A stretch of 64,000 nt of DNA, taken from an uncultured Phycisphaerales bacterium. Its GTDB lineage: Bacteria > Planctomycetota > Phycisphaerae > Tepidisphaerales > Tepidisphaeraceae. Positions 12,980 through 22,885 of the stretch are shown here, one piece after another. Location of the stretch: positions 224,001 to 288,000 of the forward strand of contig CAVWLP010000002.1 of NCBI GenBank assembly GCA_963755915.1, written 5' to 3'. Position numbers and translations under genes: made by a program. Below the pieces are notes generated by a model, which saw only the letters and a program-made list of their open reading frames with translations, was not told the DNA's origin and ran no database searches. Within the stretch, counting starts at the first letter, position 1; each line of letters opens with the position of its first letter.

Positions 12980-13387
12980 ATGAACACCACCAAACAACCT
13001 CACACCGGATGGATGAAGCTTGCACTTCGCGCACAAATCTGCACGCAGTGTCATCCGGCAGATCCTTCGGCAGAACCCGACCCTCGCTCATGCGAAACGA
13101 ACTGCGCATTTTTCGTCCATTTATCCCGGTTGGCGCGCCTGCTGAAGCGCTATCAGAATAGGCCGCCAAACGGGTACGAAGAATTTGCCATTCACCTGCT
13201 GCGTGAGTCTGGGGGAAATTCGGGTTCAAAGGCAGTTCTCGATTACGCGGGAGATGCGTTGGCCGTCCTCGAAAAAATCGCCGAGCTGACTGAACTGCCC
13301 GCGGTTCAGGATCCGCAGCATGACTGTATCCGTCGCGATCTCGCACTGACGCAGTTGCAGATCCACCCTGAAGCGAGGCCTTCATGA
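12980..13387 (+). CDS. hypothetical Cys-containing protein (CxxCH...CxxxC)
   Basis: 135-aa ORF directly after hppA; ICTQCHP...RSCETNC. Confidence 0.6.
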   Translation: MNTTKQPHTGWMKLALRAQICTQCHPADPSAEPDPRSCETNCAFFVHLSRLARLLKRYQNRPPNGYEEFAIHLLRESGGNSGSKAVLDYAGDALAVLEKIAELTELPAVQDPQHDCIRRDLALTQLQIHPEARPS

Positions 13388-13493
13388 TCCCTCATATCTT
13401 CCGCGGCAGGGTCATGGTCACCGTAAGCGGATATGCCTCGGGCGTGTAAGACCAACCAAAAGTAGAAAACCTTCCGGTCAGGGTAATTATCGC

Positions 13494-14311
13494 TCACCCA
13501 CCGATGAGCGGCCAAATTATGTGAAGAACGATGTCCGCGCTGAAATGGCAAACCATGGCCGCTTCGAGCCCCATGCTCCAGTAAAACCAGCCGAATACGA
13601 GGCCACCAAGTCCATTGAGCACTAGGGCACGCGTGACAAGCATGGCGTCGATATGAAGCCCGAGGGCGGCCGTGGCAGGCAGATGGCCTAACCCGAAAAG
13701 GATTGCAGCGAGAAGATTGGCGATCCATAGCACTGCCAACCCTGGAGGGCGGCACTTTGAGCCGCTGACGATTTGAAGAAGCAGGCGAAAAACGAAAGCA
13801 TAAAGAGCCGCAGCAGGATTTCTTCGGTGCTGCCGCCATAGAACGCGGCAAGAAATCCGGCCCAGACGGGGGCGCTGCCCGGAGGCGTTTTTAGTTGCTT
13901 GAACTCGGCTGCAAGCTGCGCTGCGAACAGGGTCTTTTCAAGCGCAACAATTGCAACACCAACGACAATTCCGGCGATGATTGCTTTGAACGAAAATCGA
14001 CGGGCCAGCGGCCAGCTTGGATCGCCCGCCAGCCAGCGTTCGACGAGGGGCAATCCCAAGCCAATCCGACCGGCGATGAGCAGCACCAAAGCCGCGAAAA
14101 TTCCGCAGAATATGGTGGTCAAGATCCATTGAATTGGAATGAGCGCCAGTAGGGGCAGCGGAAGTTTTACGCTATGGAGGCTTGGAGATTGAATCGCCAG
14201 CGCATAGGGGGTAACCAGAATCGTACTGAGCAGAATGGCAACCAGGAGAACGCCAAGAAGACGCCAATTGAAATGCGAGTGCGCCACCGAGGGTAAAACT
14301 TCACTTGTCAT
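13494..14311 (-). CDS. CPBP (CAAX/Abi) intramembrane glutamic endopeptidase (frameshift near 13750)
   Basis: EEILLR, FGLGH and AMVCHFSAD motifs split across two frames. Confidence 0.85.
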
Positions 14312-14391
14312 GTTATCCGCGGCAACCGTGACGGCTCCTCAGAAATTGACGTTCAAGTTTCGGAACGTCGAAGACAGCAGCCCCCTTGTCA

Positions 14392-15099
14392 TCAGCCAAG
14401 AAAATCGTCCGACGTGTGGTCTACCAGGTCTTCACGGCGGTGCCGTTTCGTGAAATTCAGTTTTTCGATCCATGAAATCCACTCATGGATCCCATCCCCA
14501 GTACTCGCGGAAAGTGCATGAATTTCAGTGGAGGGATTAATTGATCGAACGTCTTTGCGGAAGACATTGCTGTCGAAATTCACGAGGGATTGCAAATCAG
14601 TCTTGGTCAGCAGCACCGCGGAGGAGGCTACAAGAAGCTTGTGATATTCTGCGGCCTTGTCGTCTCCACCGCTCACCGCAAAGACCGCTACAGTCGCGTC
14701 CTGCCCCAAATCCTGAAGCGGCGCCAGCCCACCGGCGGTTTCGATCAATACAGTATCGAACTTGTGCAAATCCAGTTTTGTCACGATGGGCCAGATCAAA
14801 CTCGCTTTCGGTATCGCGCCCTCGATGGCGGTAACAAAGCCGCACAAATCTCGTAATCGCTGCACGTCCCTGGCCGGTGCTGGATTGACCACCACCACCG
14901 CAACGCGCCGCGGCGCTGACAGCCGTCTTAGGGTCTGCACAATCAACTCGGTTTTGCCCGATCCGGGAGGTCCGACAATTCGAAGGCCCACAGCGCTCGC
15001 GCAACTTAATGCCTGTCGAATTAAGGCGCCGGCGGGAAGATGATGGATCCGCGGCAAATCGGCGTTTGGGTTACGGGCATCTTCATGAGACTGTGTCAT
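14392..15099 (-). CDS. HypB/UreG-like G3E GTPase, degenerate copy 2
   Basis: GPPGSGKT Walker A, IETAG, DLGQ, SGGDDKA, LTKTDL, SASTGDGI. Confidence 0.8.
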   Translation of the reverse strand: MTQSHEDARNPNADLPRIHHLPAGALIRQALSCASAVGLRIVGPPGSGKTELIVQTLRRLSAPRRVAVVVVNPAPARDVQRLRDLCGFVTAIEGAIPKASLIWPIVTKLDLHKFDTVLIETAGGLAPLQDLGQDATVAVFAVSGGDDKAAEYHKLLVASSAVLLTKTDLQSLVNFDSNVFRKDVRSINPSTEIHALSASTGDGIHEWISWIEKLNFTKRHRREDLVDHTSDDFLG

Positions 15100-15827
15100 A
15101 AGGCACTCTTCGTGGTTGAGCCATCGGTGGATCGCGACCAGCTCACGACGGGATGGAGTATTCGATCAGCGCGGCAGCGGGCGCAATTCGCCAGCCGATG
15201 CGCCTCCATCCATTCGAGCCAGTCTTTTATGCCTTCCCCGGAATGAACCGAAACACAAAGGATTGAGAGGTTCGAGTTAATTCGTTTGATGTCAAGGGCA
15301 AAAGCTTGCAAATCAAAGGTGACGAACGGCAATAGGTCGATCTTTGTCAACAGGATCAAATCAGAGTGGCTAACTAGAATGGGAAAATCATTCGCTTTAT
15401 CGTCGCCGCCGGCAGCGCTGAAAACAGCGACTCTGAGATGCTCACCGAGGTTAAATTCTCCAGAATCGATCGAATTGCCATCGGCCTCGATCAGCAGAAA
15501 ATCGAGGCCGGAGAGGTCGACCCTGGGCAATGCATCACGAATACCTAGCGCATTGGCACGGTTCGTATTGATCGCCACGGCAGGATAGCCATACCGACAA
15601 ATCTTAGCGATGTGCCGGTCTGCCGCAGCGTCGCACATCATCACTGCGATACGCAGTGGCGGTGCAAGACGCAGCATCAACTCTTCAATGACCGAAGTTT
15701 TCCCCGATCCAGCCGGACCGATTATCGAAATCACCGTGACGCCCGCCGCATCGAAAGCTTCACGATTGGCGCGCGCGGCCTGTTGCTCAGCCAGCTCGGA
15801 TCGATCGGGGATTTTCTGTGAGTTCAT
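15096..15827 (-). CDS. HypB-like G3E GTPase, degenerate copy 1
   Basis: ARANREAF, GPAGSGKTS, IEADGN, FNLGEH, AGGDDKA, LTKIDLLPFV.FD, SVHSGEGI. Confidence 0.82.
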   Translation of the reverse strand: MNSQKIPDRSELAEQQAARANREAFDAAGVTVISIIGPAGSGKTSVIEELMLRLAPPLRIAVMMCDAAADRHIAKICRYGYPAVAINTNRANALGIRDALPRVDLSGLDFLLIEADGNSIDSGEFNLGEHLRVAVFSAAGGDDKANDFPILVSHSDLILLTKIDLLPFVTFDLQAFALDIKRINSNLSILCVSVHSGEGIKDWLEWMEAHRLANCARCRADRILHPVVSWSRSTDGSTTKSAL

Positions 15828-15830
15828 GGC

Positions 15831-16106
15831 CTAGCCCCCTTTTTTCGCTGATGGCGGCTCTGAGAGGGCATTGTCGCCGGTCGTTGAGTGATCGGACGTG
15901 TGGCTCGCGCAATTCCTCCAAAAGATCAATTCGCAAGCGATTAACGCACCGACGGGTAGCATTGGTAGAAGAAGCTCCGGATTGTTCTTCACGACGATGA
16001 GGCCGACCAAGAGTGCTGCAACAGTAATTGTTCGACGAAGATAAGCCTCAATTCGAGACCACAGCGATGGCCTGGGCCCGGCGGCGCCTTGGTGCAACGA
16101 ATGCAT
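15831..16106 (-). CDS. small two-TM membrane protein
   Basis: Two hydrophobic stretches; ends in an AAGGGGG RBS 3 bp before the HypB-like start. Confidence 0.5.
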   Translation of the reverse strand: MHSLHQGAAGPRPSLWSRIEAYLRRTITVAALLVGLIVVKNNPELLLPMLPVGALIACELIFWRNCASHTSDHSTTGDNALSEPPSAKKGG

Positions 16107-16286
16107 CACAAACGGGCCTCGGCGTCGCAGCAACTGCGAAATTCCGCGTGCGTGTCCAAAGGCGCCCCGCCGCCAACGCGGGCGCGGAGGGCGGGGTGAG
16201 ACGGTTCGGGCGCTTCGCAAGACCCGCCGAACGGGAATAATCTCGCCAGATAAATTGAGTATTCTTCGCATAAAACACCTTCGGGT

Positions 16287-16457
16287 TTACAAGCGGCTGA
16301 CGAGCAACTCCTTCTGAAAGATGATTTCCTTGGGCAAATCTCCCGCCAGCTTCAGGAACAGCTCTTCCTGACCCAGGATTTCCGCTTTGAACGCTTCCAG
16401 ATCGACGCTCTGCACGATCTCAAAATCGGCATCGCTCAAATCCAACCCTTCCGAATT
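16287..16457 (-). pseudogene. pckG: 3'-terminal remnant of GTP-dependent PEP carboxykinase
   Basis: Manual translation gives EGLDLSDADFEIVQSVDLEAFKAEILGQEELFLKLAGDLPKEIIFQKELLVSRL*, resembling a PEPCK(GTP) C-terminus; no start or upstream part present. Confidence 0.65.
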
Positions 16458-17113
16458 TACGCCAGTTGCCCGGGGTCGATGACAAGGCCTATCACTTTCC
16501 GCTTATCCAGCTTCTTCAGCTCCTCCGGAATGTGTACATGCATCGCCAGCGAAATGTTCGCCACGCGAAATCCCTGCATGGTAAGCAGCATGCTGGTGGG
16601 CGTCTTCCCCGTTCGGGAAACGCCCACCAGCACCGCATCTGCCTCCGCAACAGATTCCAATCCAAGGCCGTCATCGTGTTCCAGCGCAAAGGTCATTGCA
16701 TTGATGCGACCACAAGAGGCGCCGTCCACCCGATGCAGCCGCTGATGATCCGACATCACCTCCACCCTTGCGGCTTCAGCCAGAAAATCCACCGCCGGGC
16801 CGGTCAAATCCCAACATGGGATATTTTCCTTCTGGCACCGCGCGGTGATCTGCTTTTTCAGATCTCTCGAAACCACCGCGTGAAAAACAATTCCCGGCCG
16901 GGTGGAAACAGCGTCAAGGGAGGGAGCAAGGCGTTTGGGCTCATTGACGAAGGGCTTCGTCAACACCTCAAAAATCCCAGCCGGGAATTGCGTGAGGAAG
17001 CTCGTCACCATGTGCCGCGCAAGATTTCCCGTCGAATCCGAAAGGATATAAAGCGGGATCGGCATGTCCGGCTCGTGTTTGACGCGCTTTCTCATCGGGG
17101 TAACCGTCTTCAT
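16457..17113 (-). pseudogene. ppsR: pyruvate,water/phosphate dikinase regulatory kinase/pyrophosphorylase (DUF299), C-terminally truncated
   Basis: LSDSTG, FALEHDDG, LVGVSRTGKTPTS; stops at GLVIDPGQLA*, short of the usual C-terminus. Confidence 0.8.
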
Positions 17114-17359
17114 GATGTTTCGCTCACATCCTTCGTATACGATTCAGCCGATACAGTTCGTGGCAGCCCCAGACCCCCATACGGGCAAGAACCGCCACTC
17201 CAACGACGGCTGCTAAAATCCCTAATGTCTTGAATATGGCGAACCTCCATCGTTAAACAACTGCACGCTGTGAACGGCATTCCTTCCCATCCACACCGTC
17301 CTGAGAATTATCGAATCGCCAGCAGCCGCCGAATATCGGAGCGAACCCGCCTTTCTGCG

Positions 17360-17375
17360 TAGGGGAATTCCCCGA
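17360..17375. promoter_or_regulatory. TAGG-N8-CC(G/T)A palindromic site, copy 2
   Basis: TAGGGGAATTCCCCGA between divergent ppsR and the sensor kinase. Confidence 0.6.
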
Positions 17376-17425
17376 CGAGTCCTCGCCGCCTTGATGTACA
17401 GATCGAATCGACTAAAACTTCCGCA

Positions 17426-19301
17426 ATGCCCCAAAAGCAAAGAGCGGCCCCGTCCGCCGGCGCAAGCGATTTCGCTTATTCATTTTATATTTCAAAAACG
17501 GGCAAGATTTCATGGGATTGGATTGCCGGGCCGTTTATGCAGATCACCGGTCATCCGTCCGACGCATTCCAAAAGGGGGGCTTGCAACCCTTCATCTATC
17601 CCAAGGACAAGCCACTACTCCACGGTCGCACCGCCGCTTTGCTCGCGGGTCAAGGGGATGTGCGCGAATATCGGCTCATCACGGCCGGTGGACATCTGAA
17701 GCGAGTCCGTGATTTTGCCCAGCCGCTGCGCAAGGAGCAGGGCGGCGATCTCGTGATATTCGCAGCCGTCCAGGACATCACTGCCGGGAAGCGCGTCGAA
17801 GGCGAGATGCGCCGCATCGCCTCGATCATTGAGAATTCCCAGGACGCCATCATCGACATCAATCTCGACGGCGTTATCGTCAACTGGAATCGCTCAGCCG
17901 AGCGGATTTATGGTTACTCCGCCCAGGAAGTTAAGGGGCGCACCATTTCCATGCTGGTTCCGGCCAATCAAATGAATGAGATCACGCGCATACTCGCGCG
18001 GGTGCGGCGGGATGGTTCCATGCCGCGCACGGAAACACAGCGTATCCGCAAGGATGGAACGACGATCTCCGTAGCGCTCACTGCGGGACCAGTCTATGAT
18101 GCCGCTGATCAGCTCGTGGGCGCATCGCTCATCAGTCGGGACATTTCGGAATTGAAACGAGCGGAATCCGCCCTCCAGGAAAGCGCAAGAAAAACCGAGG
18201 CCATCCTCGATACGATGGTCGATGGCGTCATCACAATAGATGAACGCGGGATCGTCGATTCCTTTAATGCCGCCGCGGAACGCTTATTTGGATACGTTCC
18301 TTCCGAAGTAATCGGACAAAACGTCAAAATGCTGATGCCCGAGCCATATCACGGCGAGCACGATCAATATCTCCTGAACTACCTTCGCACGGGAAGAGCG
18401 AAGATCATCGGCATCGGGCGCGAAGTCGTCGGCAAAAGGAAAAATGGTTCGATATTCCCCATGGACCTTGCCGTGAGCGAGGTATTTCTCGGCCCCAGAA
18501 GGCTTTTTACCGGAATCGTCCGCGATTTGACCGAACGCAAGCGCCTGGAACGCCAGATCCTGGAAATCAGCGATCGCGAACAGCAGCGCATCGGGCAGGA
18601 TTTGCACGATGGGCTGGGCCAGCAACTCGCGGGGATCGGATTCCTGAGCAAATCGCTGGAGCAGCGGCTAACCAAAAAATCCGCGCCCGAATCCGGCGAT
18701 GCGCGTGAAATCGCCGATCTCGTGTCGGATGCCATCGCCCAGGCGCGGGATGGCGCACGGGCTGAACCCCGTTGACATGTCGGCGACCGGGCTCATGTCA
18801 GCCCTGCGCGAACTTTGCAGCACGATCGAGCACACGTTCCGGATCAAATGTGAGCTGGCATGCGATGATCCCGTGCTTCTGGGTGATGGGGCCGTCGCAA
18901 CGCACCTGTATCGCATCGCCCAGGAGGCGGTGAACAACGCCATCAAGCACGGGCAGGCCAGAAGTATTGGTGTTGTCCTGAAGAGGGCGGGAGATACAAT
19001 TACAATATCAGTCCGGGATGACGGCGTTGGGTTTCCCGATGTGCTCCCGGAAAAAAAAGGAATGGGTCTGCAAACGATGCGCTATCGCGCTGCTTTGGTT
19101 GGTGCGACCCTTTCGTTTTTGCGGATTCCTTCGGGCGGGACACGTGTGGATTGCTCCGTGAAAGAGAGTGATTCGGCAGTCCCGGGCTATGTTTATGGCA
19201 AAACCTTCCTCAAAGTTTCCTCAAATGAATCAATCTCCAAAATTGGACCCAAAGCCGTCCGCAAAGACCGCTCCACGAAAAAACGTCTTCGTCATCGATG
19301 A
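17426..19301 (+). CDS. multi-PAS sensor histidine kinase with FixL-like heme-PAS and HisKA_3 domain (frameshift near 18750)
   Basis: LMPEPYHGEHDQYL..Y..TG..KIIGIGREVVGKRKNGS.FPM.L, RIGQDLHDGLGQQL, RIAQEAVNNAIKH, DDGVGF, GMGL. Confidence 0.9.
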
Positions 19302-19917
19302 TCATCCGGTTCTGCGGCAAGGTCTCGCCCGCCTCATTAATGACCAGAGTGATCTGGTGATGTGCGGCGAAGCCGATTCGCCCGTCGAAGCGATGCGATT
19401 GCTTCCCTCGGCCGGCGCCGATGTGGTCATCGTCGATCTTACTCTGCGCGGCGGAGATGGGCTGGAACTGTGCAAGCAAATCCGCGATCGGTTTCCCAGG
19501 CTGCCGAGTCTCGTGGTTTCTATGCACGATGAGAGCCTTTACGCCGAACGCGCACTTAAGGCCGGCGCTTGCGGCTACGTGATGAAACAAGAGCCTCAGG
19601 AAACCGTCATCGCCGCCATTCGCAAAGTACTCAAAGGGGACGTTTATCTAAGCGAAAAAATGTCTGCCAAATTGCTCCGCAGCTTTTCCGGGCCAAAATC
19701 GGATACCGAATTGGCACCTCTGGACCGTCTAACGGACCGCGAACTCGAAATCTTTCGCCTCATAGGCGATGGGCAAAGCGTTCGCGTGATTGCCGAGAAA
19801 CTTTTCCTCAGTACAAAAACAGTCGAGGCGCATAAGGAACATATCAAGCAAAAGCTCAATTTGAACAGCAGCAATGAGCTTCTCCAATACGCCATTGAGG
19901 CCAGACCGCGAACATGA
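19225..19917 (+). CDS. NarL/FixJ family response regulator (REC + LuxR HTH)
   Basis: IDDHPVLRQG, VDLTL..GDG, GYVMK, LTDRELEIF...IAEKLFLSTKTVEAH. Confidence 0.93.
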   Translation: MNQSPKLDPKPSAKTAPRKNVFVIDDHPVLRQGLARLINDQSDLVMCGEADSPVEAMRLLPSAGADVVIVDLTLRGGDGLELCKQIRDRFPRLPSLVVSMHDESLYAERALKAGACGYVMKQEPQETVIAAIRKVLKGDVYLSEKMSAKLLRSFSGPKSDTELAPLDRLTDRELEIFRLIGDGQSVRVIAEKLFLSTKTVEAHKEHIKQKLNLNSSNELLQYAIEARPRT

Positions 19918-19952
19918 ATGCTGCACCCAGTCTTCTGGCCACGCAGACGGCG

Positions 19953-19968
19953 TAGGAGAATCCGCCTA
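19953..19968. promoter_or_regulatory. TAGG-N8-CC(G/T)A palindromic site, copy 3
   Basis: TAGGAGAATCCGCCTA upstream of the small Cys/His protein. Confidence 0.55.
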
Positions 19969-20044
19969 GTTTAGAAGCCGAATATCCCCCGATTGATACG
20001 TTCCCTGCGTTGCCCCATACCTGGGGTAAACTGCAGGAGTCCCC

Positions 20045-20284
20045 ATGATTCTCCTCTACAAAAATGTCAGCTGCCCGAGCTGCAAATCACATCACGATCT
20101 TTGGAGCAACGAACGGATCTCGGGCATAAGGATCCGGGCGCACGATTTTATTTGTCCGTATACGGGCGAAAGAACGCATTGGCGGCCCGATGTATTCGCC
20201 CATTTAATCTCCGCTGCTCCCGCAAACGCGGTTTCGCTTCTGCCCCGCCTTGAAGACCAAATGGTATTGAGCAAGGAATCGTAA
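20045..20284 (+). CDS. small Cys/His-rich protein, paralog of 3427-3657
   Basis: AGGAG RBS; CPSCKSHHDLW...HDFICPYT..RT.W.PDVFAH. Confidence 0.75.
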   Translation: MILLYKNVSCPSCKSHHDLWSNERISGIRIRAHDFICPYTGERTHWRPDVFAHLISAAPANAVSLLPRLEDQMVLSKES

Positions 20285-20444
20285 GGTGGGCATAATTGCA
20301 ATGAGAACCGTCGCACAGAAATAAAGCCCGATATCCTGGACCAGCCGGCGAGCATGCTCGCCGAGCTGCCGACGAATTTCCGCCGGGTGCCGACGCCTCT
20401 TTCTTTAGGGGCCATCCACTATTGGATCTGATACTTCAATTTGA

Positions 20445-20978
20445 TTAATCAGAACCTGCGTGATGAAGCATCGTGCAGCCGCATTGCATCTGATGCTGCT
20501 CAACTCCGGGATTCGAGTCTACGGCAATGTCTACAACCAACGGCCGCACCAGTCGGAAATAATCCGAAAACCGAATCATGAAAACGTCGGTGTGCGTGCC
20601 GGCATTGAAGGCGATATGCCCTTCATTCATCAAGTGGTGATCGAGAAATGTTTTCATCCCGAAGAGGTTACCAAAGGGCGGCGCCGCGCCTTTCTGACAG
20701 CCCTCGAATTGATCCCGGAATTCCGATTCTTCCGCCAACCGGACCACGCGGGCGCCGGATTGAACTTTGAGTTTGTTTAGATCGAGCCGGACTGTCGCGG
20801 GAACAACCGCGATAGCCAATCGCCCGTCCATCCACACGACTACTGATTTGGCCATATACTTTCCGGGCACATTTGAGGCCTGGGCGACCTCCTGAGTTGT
20901 AAAAACGCGTGGATGGTTGATCGTGCCGAAGGAAACTCCTCCGCCGCCAAGAAACTCTCGAATTCTGCGGGTAGCCAT
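20445..20978 (-). CDS. YbaK/EbsC (aminoacyl-tRNA deacylase-like) family protein
   Basis: AKSVVV, RLAEESE, GAAPPFGNL, FNAGTH. Confidence 0.88.
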   Translation of the reverse strand: MATRRIREFLGGGGVSFGTINHPRVFTTQEVAQASNVPGKYMAKSVVVWMDGRLAIAVVPATVRLDLNKLKVQSGARVVRLAEESEFRDQFEGCQKGAAPPFGNLFGMKTFLDHHLMNEGHIAFNAGTHTDVFMIRFSDYFRLVRPLVVDIAVDSNPGVEQHQMQCGCTMLHHAGSD

Positions 20979-20996
20979 GGTGTCTCCTGTTTGAGC

Positions 20997-21956
20997 CTAG
21001 TTTGATTGAACGAAGGATGAGGTTTGATTTTTTGGTCGAATTACTTCCACCGAACAACGAGCGGCGGTCGCAACCGTCATCGAAAGACGGCGCGGGATAA
21101 ATAGATCGCCATCCAATATCTCAGCGCCAAGGAAGATGGAATCTGCGCCCCACTTCTCGGCTTCATCGAGCAGTATCTGGCTGGGTTCACCAGAATATAT
21201 TTGCGGGACAGCTTGCAGACCTGCTTGATTCAATTCATGTACCGCCTTGTGAAGTATTTCGGACAACTCGGCACGCCATTTTTCCTCAATCGACGAGGGT
21301 AGCGCTTCTTCCGTTACACAAAACGGACTGGCGTCAATCTGTCGGCAATCCATTACGCCGACGACACGGGCTTCTGTGCCCGAGGGCCAGGTTCTCGCAC
21401 TAACCGCATGCACTGCGTTCCAAGCGGCAGTTGAGATATTCATGCCGATTAACAGACGGATCGGTCGTTCCTGAGAATGGAGGTGATGTCTGCCAATTCG
21501 CACCGAGCAATTTACCCCACCAAGTACATTGTGCGATACACTGCCTTGCATAATCCGGCCAAGCAGAGAACGCCCATGCGATCCCACTACGATCAGGTCC
21601 GGACTCCAGGCGTGTACTTTTCGCATGATCGCTGGTCCGGCTTCGTCAACCCAACACTCCGTCTTAATGCGCCACCCCGGAAAATCTGCGTGTAATCGAT
21701 CAGCCGCTTGAGCGGCGAACGCCTCAGCCTCATGAAGTTGTCGGCTACTGCGCTCATCTATTACCGCATCGTCTGCGCCGGGCCCGTGTAAACCTCCGGA
21801 CGTGACCGCTAGCGACGCTTGAACAAAATGTCTCGCCCCTTCGTCTGCCACTGTCAGGACCGCCACGTCAGCATCCGCAGGCAATCCCGCCCTTCGTAAG
21901 TCGACAATCGCGGCATCGGAACACTCTGAGCCATCATATGCGATGAGAATTTTCAT
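20997..21956 (-). CDS. universal stress protein (tandem USP domains)
   Basis: MKILIAYDGSECS, DLIVVGSHGRS....GSVS..V....CSV; second USP domain ending ARCSVEV. Confidence 0.9.
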   Translation of the reverse strand: MKILIAYDGSECSDAAIVDLRRAGLPADADVAVLTVADEGARHFVQASLAVTSGGLHGPGADDAVIDERSSRQLHEAEAFAAQAADRLHADFPGWRIKTECWVDEAGPAIMRKVHAWSPDLIVVGSHGRSLLGRIMQGSVSHNVLGGVNCSVRIGRHHLHSQERPIRLLIGMNISTAAWNAVHAVSARTWPSGTEARVVGVMDCRQIDASPFCVTEEALPSSIEEKWRAELSEILHKAVHELNQAGLQAVPQIYSGEPSQILLDEAEKWGADSIFLGAEILDGDLFIPRRLSMTVATAARCSVEVIRPKNQTSSFVQSN

Positions 21957-22757
21957 AATGGTCCTCCATTAGAAAAAAGATTCTGCTCCCGTTCACGCTC
22001 ATTGATCAGTGGAATGACGCAACTTACCATTTCATCAATAGTCAGATCAGCCGCATTCAGTGTCATCGTGAATCCTTCTGGCGAGATCACTTTTCCTGGC
22101 CAAAAGCGACGAAACAATTCGTTGCGCCTTTTTTCAGTTTCGGCAATTTGAGCGGCTGCTTCATTAAGGCCAATCCGCCCGCGCTCCGCTACATACTTGA
22201 TTCGATGCTCCAAGGAAGCGACGAGGCGAAGATGAATGCCCCCTGAAATTCCCGCAGTGATGAAGTTCCCGCCTTGGCCAACGATAATCGCATGACCAAT
22301 CGCGGCAAGGCCGTGAATTACCAAGACCACTTGTTTATGCGCGGGATTCCAGCAATTCAGGTGGACTTGCATTTGCGGAGAGGCCGTCTAGAAACTTGAC
22401 AAACCAATTGTGAGAATGTTCTGGAATCGATTCGATGACATCTGTTGATATTCCTGACTCCTGCGAAACTTTTTCAATTAATTCGCGATCCCAGGCACGC
22501 CAGTCTTCCTGGCCTTCCGAACGCAATCGCTCGGCCAATCGATGTGAAAAGGAAATCGCCCCCGCGCCTGGCTGCCTGCTGACCGTAACGAACGCTCGCG
22601 TCGGGCGCATGATCGCCGATGCTGACGGCTCAAAATTCCACGTCTGAACGGCGGCTTTCAGAGCCCTTTCGGCTGCCTCGAGTCCCGGCTGCGCTGAATG
22701 ACCAAATCCCGATGCCATGGCTGCCTCACTGGTATTCACCTGTTCTATTTTTGGCAA
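21953..22757 (-). CDS. cytidylate kinase-like family protein (frameshift near 22375)
   Basis: VTVSRQPGAGA, WDRELI, AIIVGQGG, HLRLVASLEHR, EKRR. Confidence 0.8.
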
Positions 22758-22799
22758 AGATCGAAGGCGAAAACATCGGAGTGTTGCCGGTTATTCGTG

Positions 22800-22815
22800 T
22801 AGGAAGATTTACCGA
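22800..22815. promoter_or_regulatory. TAGG-N8-CC(G/T)A palindromic site, copy 4
   Basis: TAGGAAGATTTACCGA upstream of the cytidylate kinase-like/USP/YbaK operon. Confidence 0.55.
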
Positions 22816-22885
22816 TATTTAGCGGAAATCGACGGAGTGAGAACGCTATCGCGCGAGTAGTAAACTGACGCTCGAAACATGCCAA

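Noticed and set aside
13039-13055. CxxCH as a c-type cytochrome
   Set aside because: No signal peptide or TM segment for export, so heme c attachment is unlikely.
14392-15827. Calling these genes hypB of a hydrogenase maturation operon
   Set aside because: Metal-ligand motifs are missing and no other hyp or hydrogenase genes are in the window, so no gene symbol was assigned.
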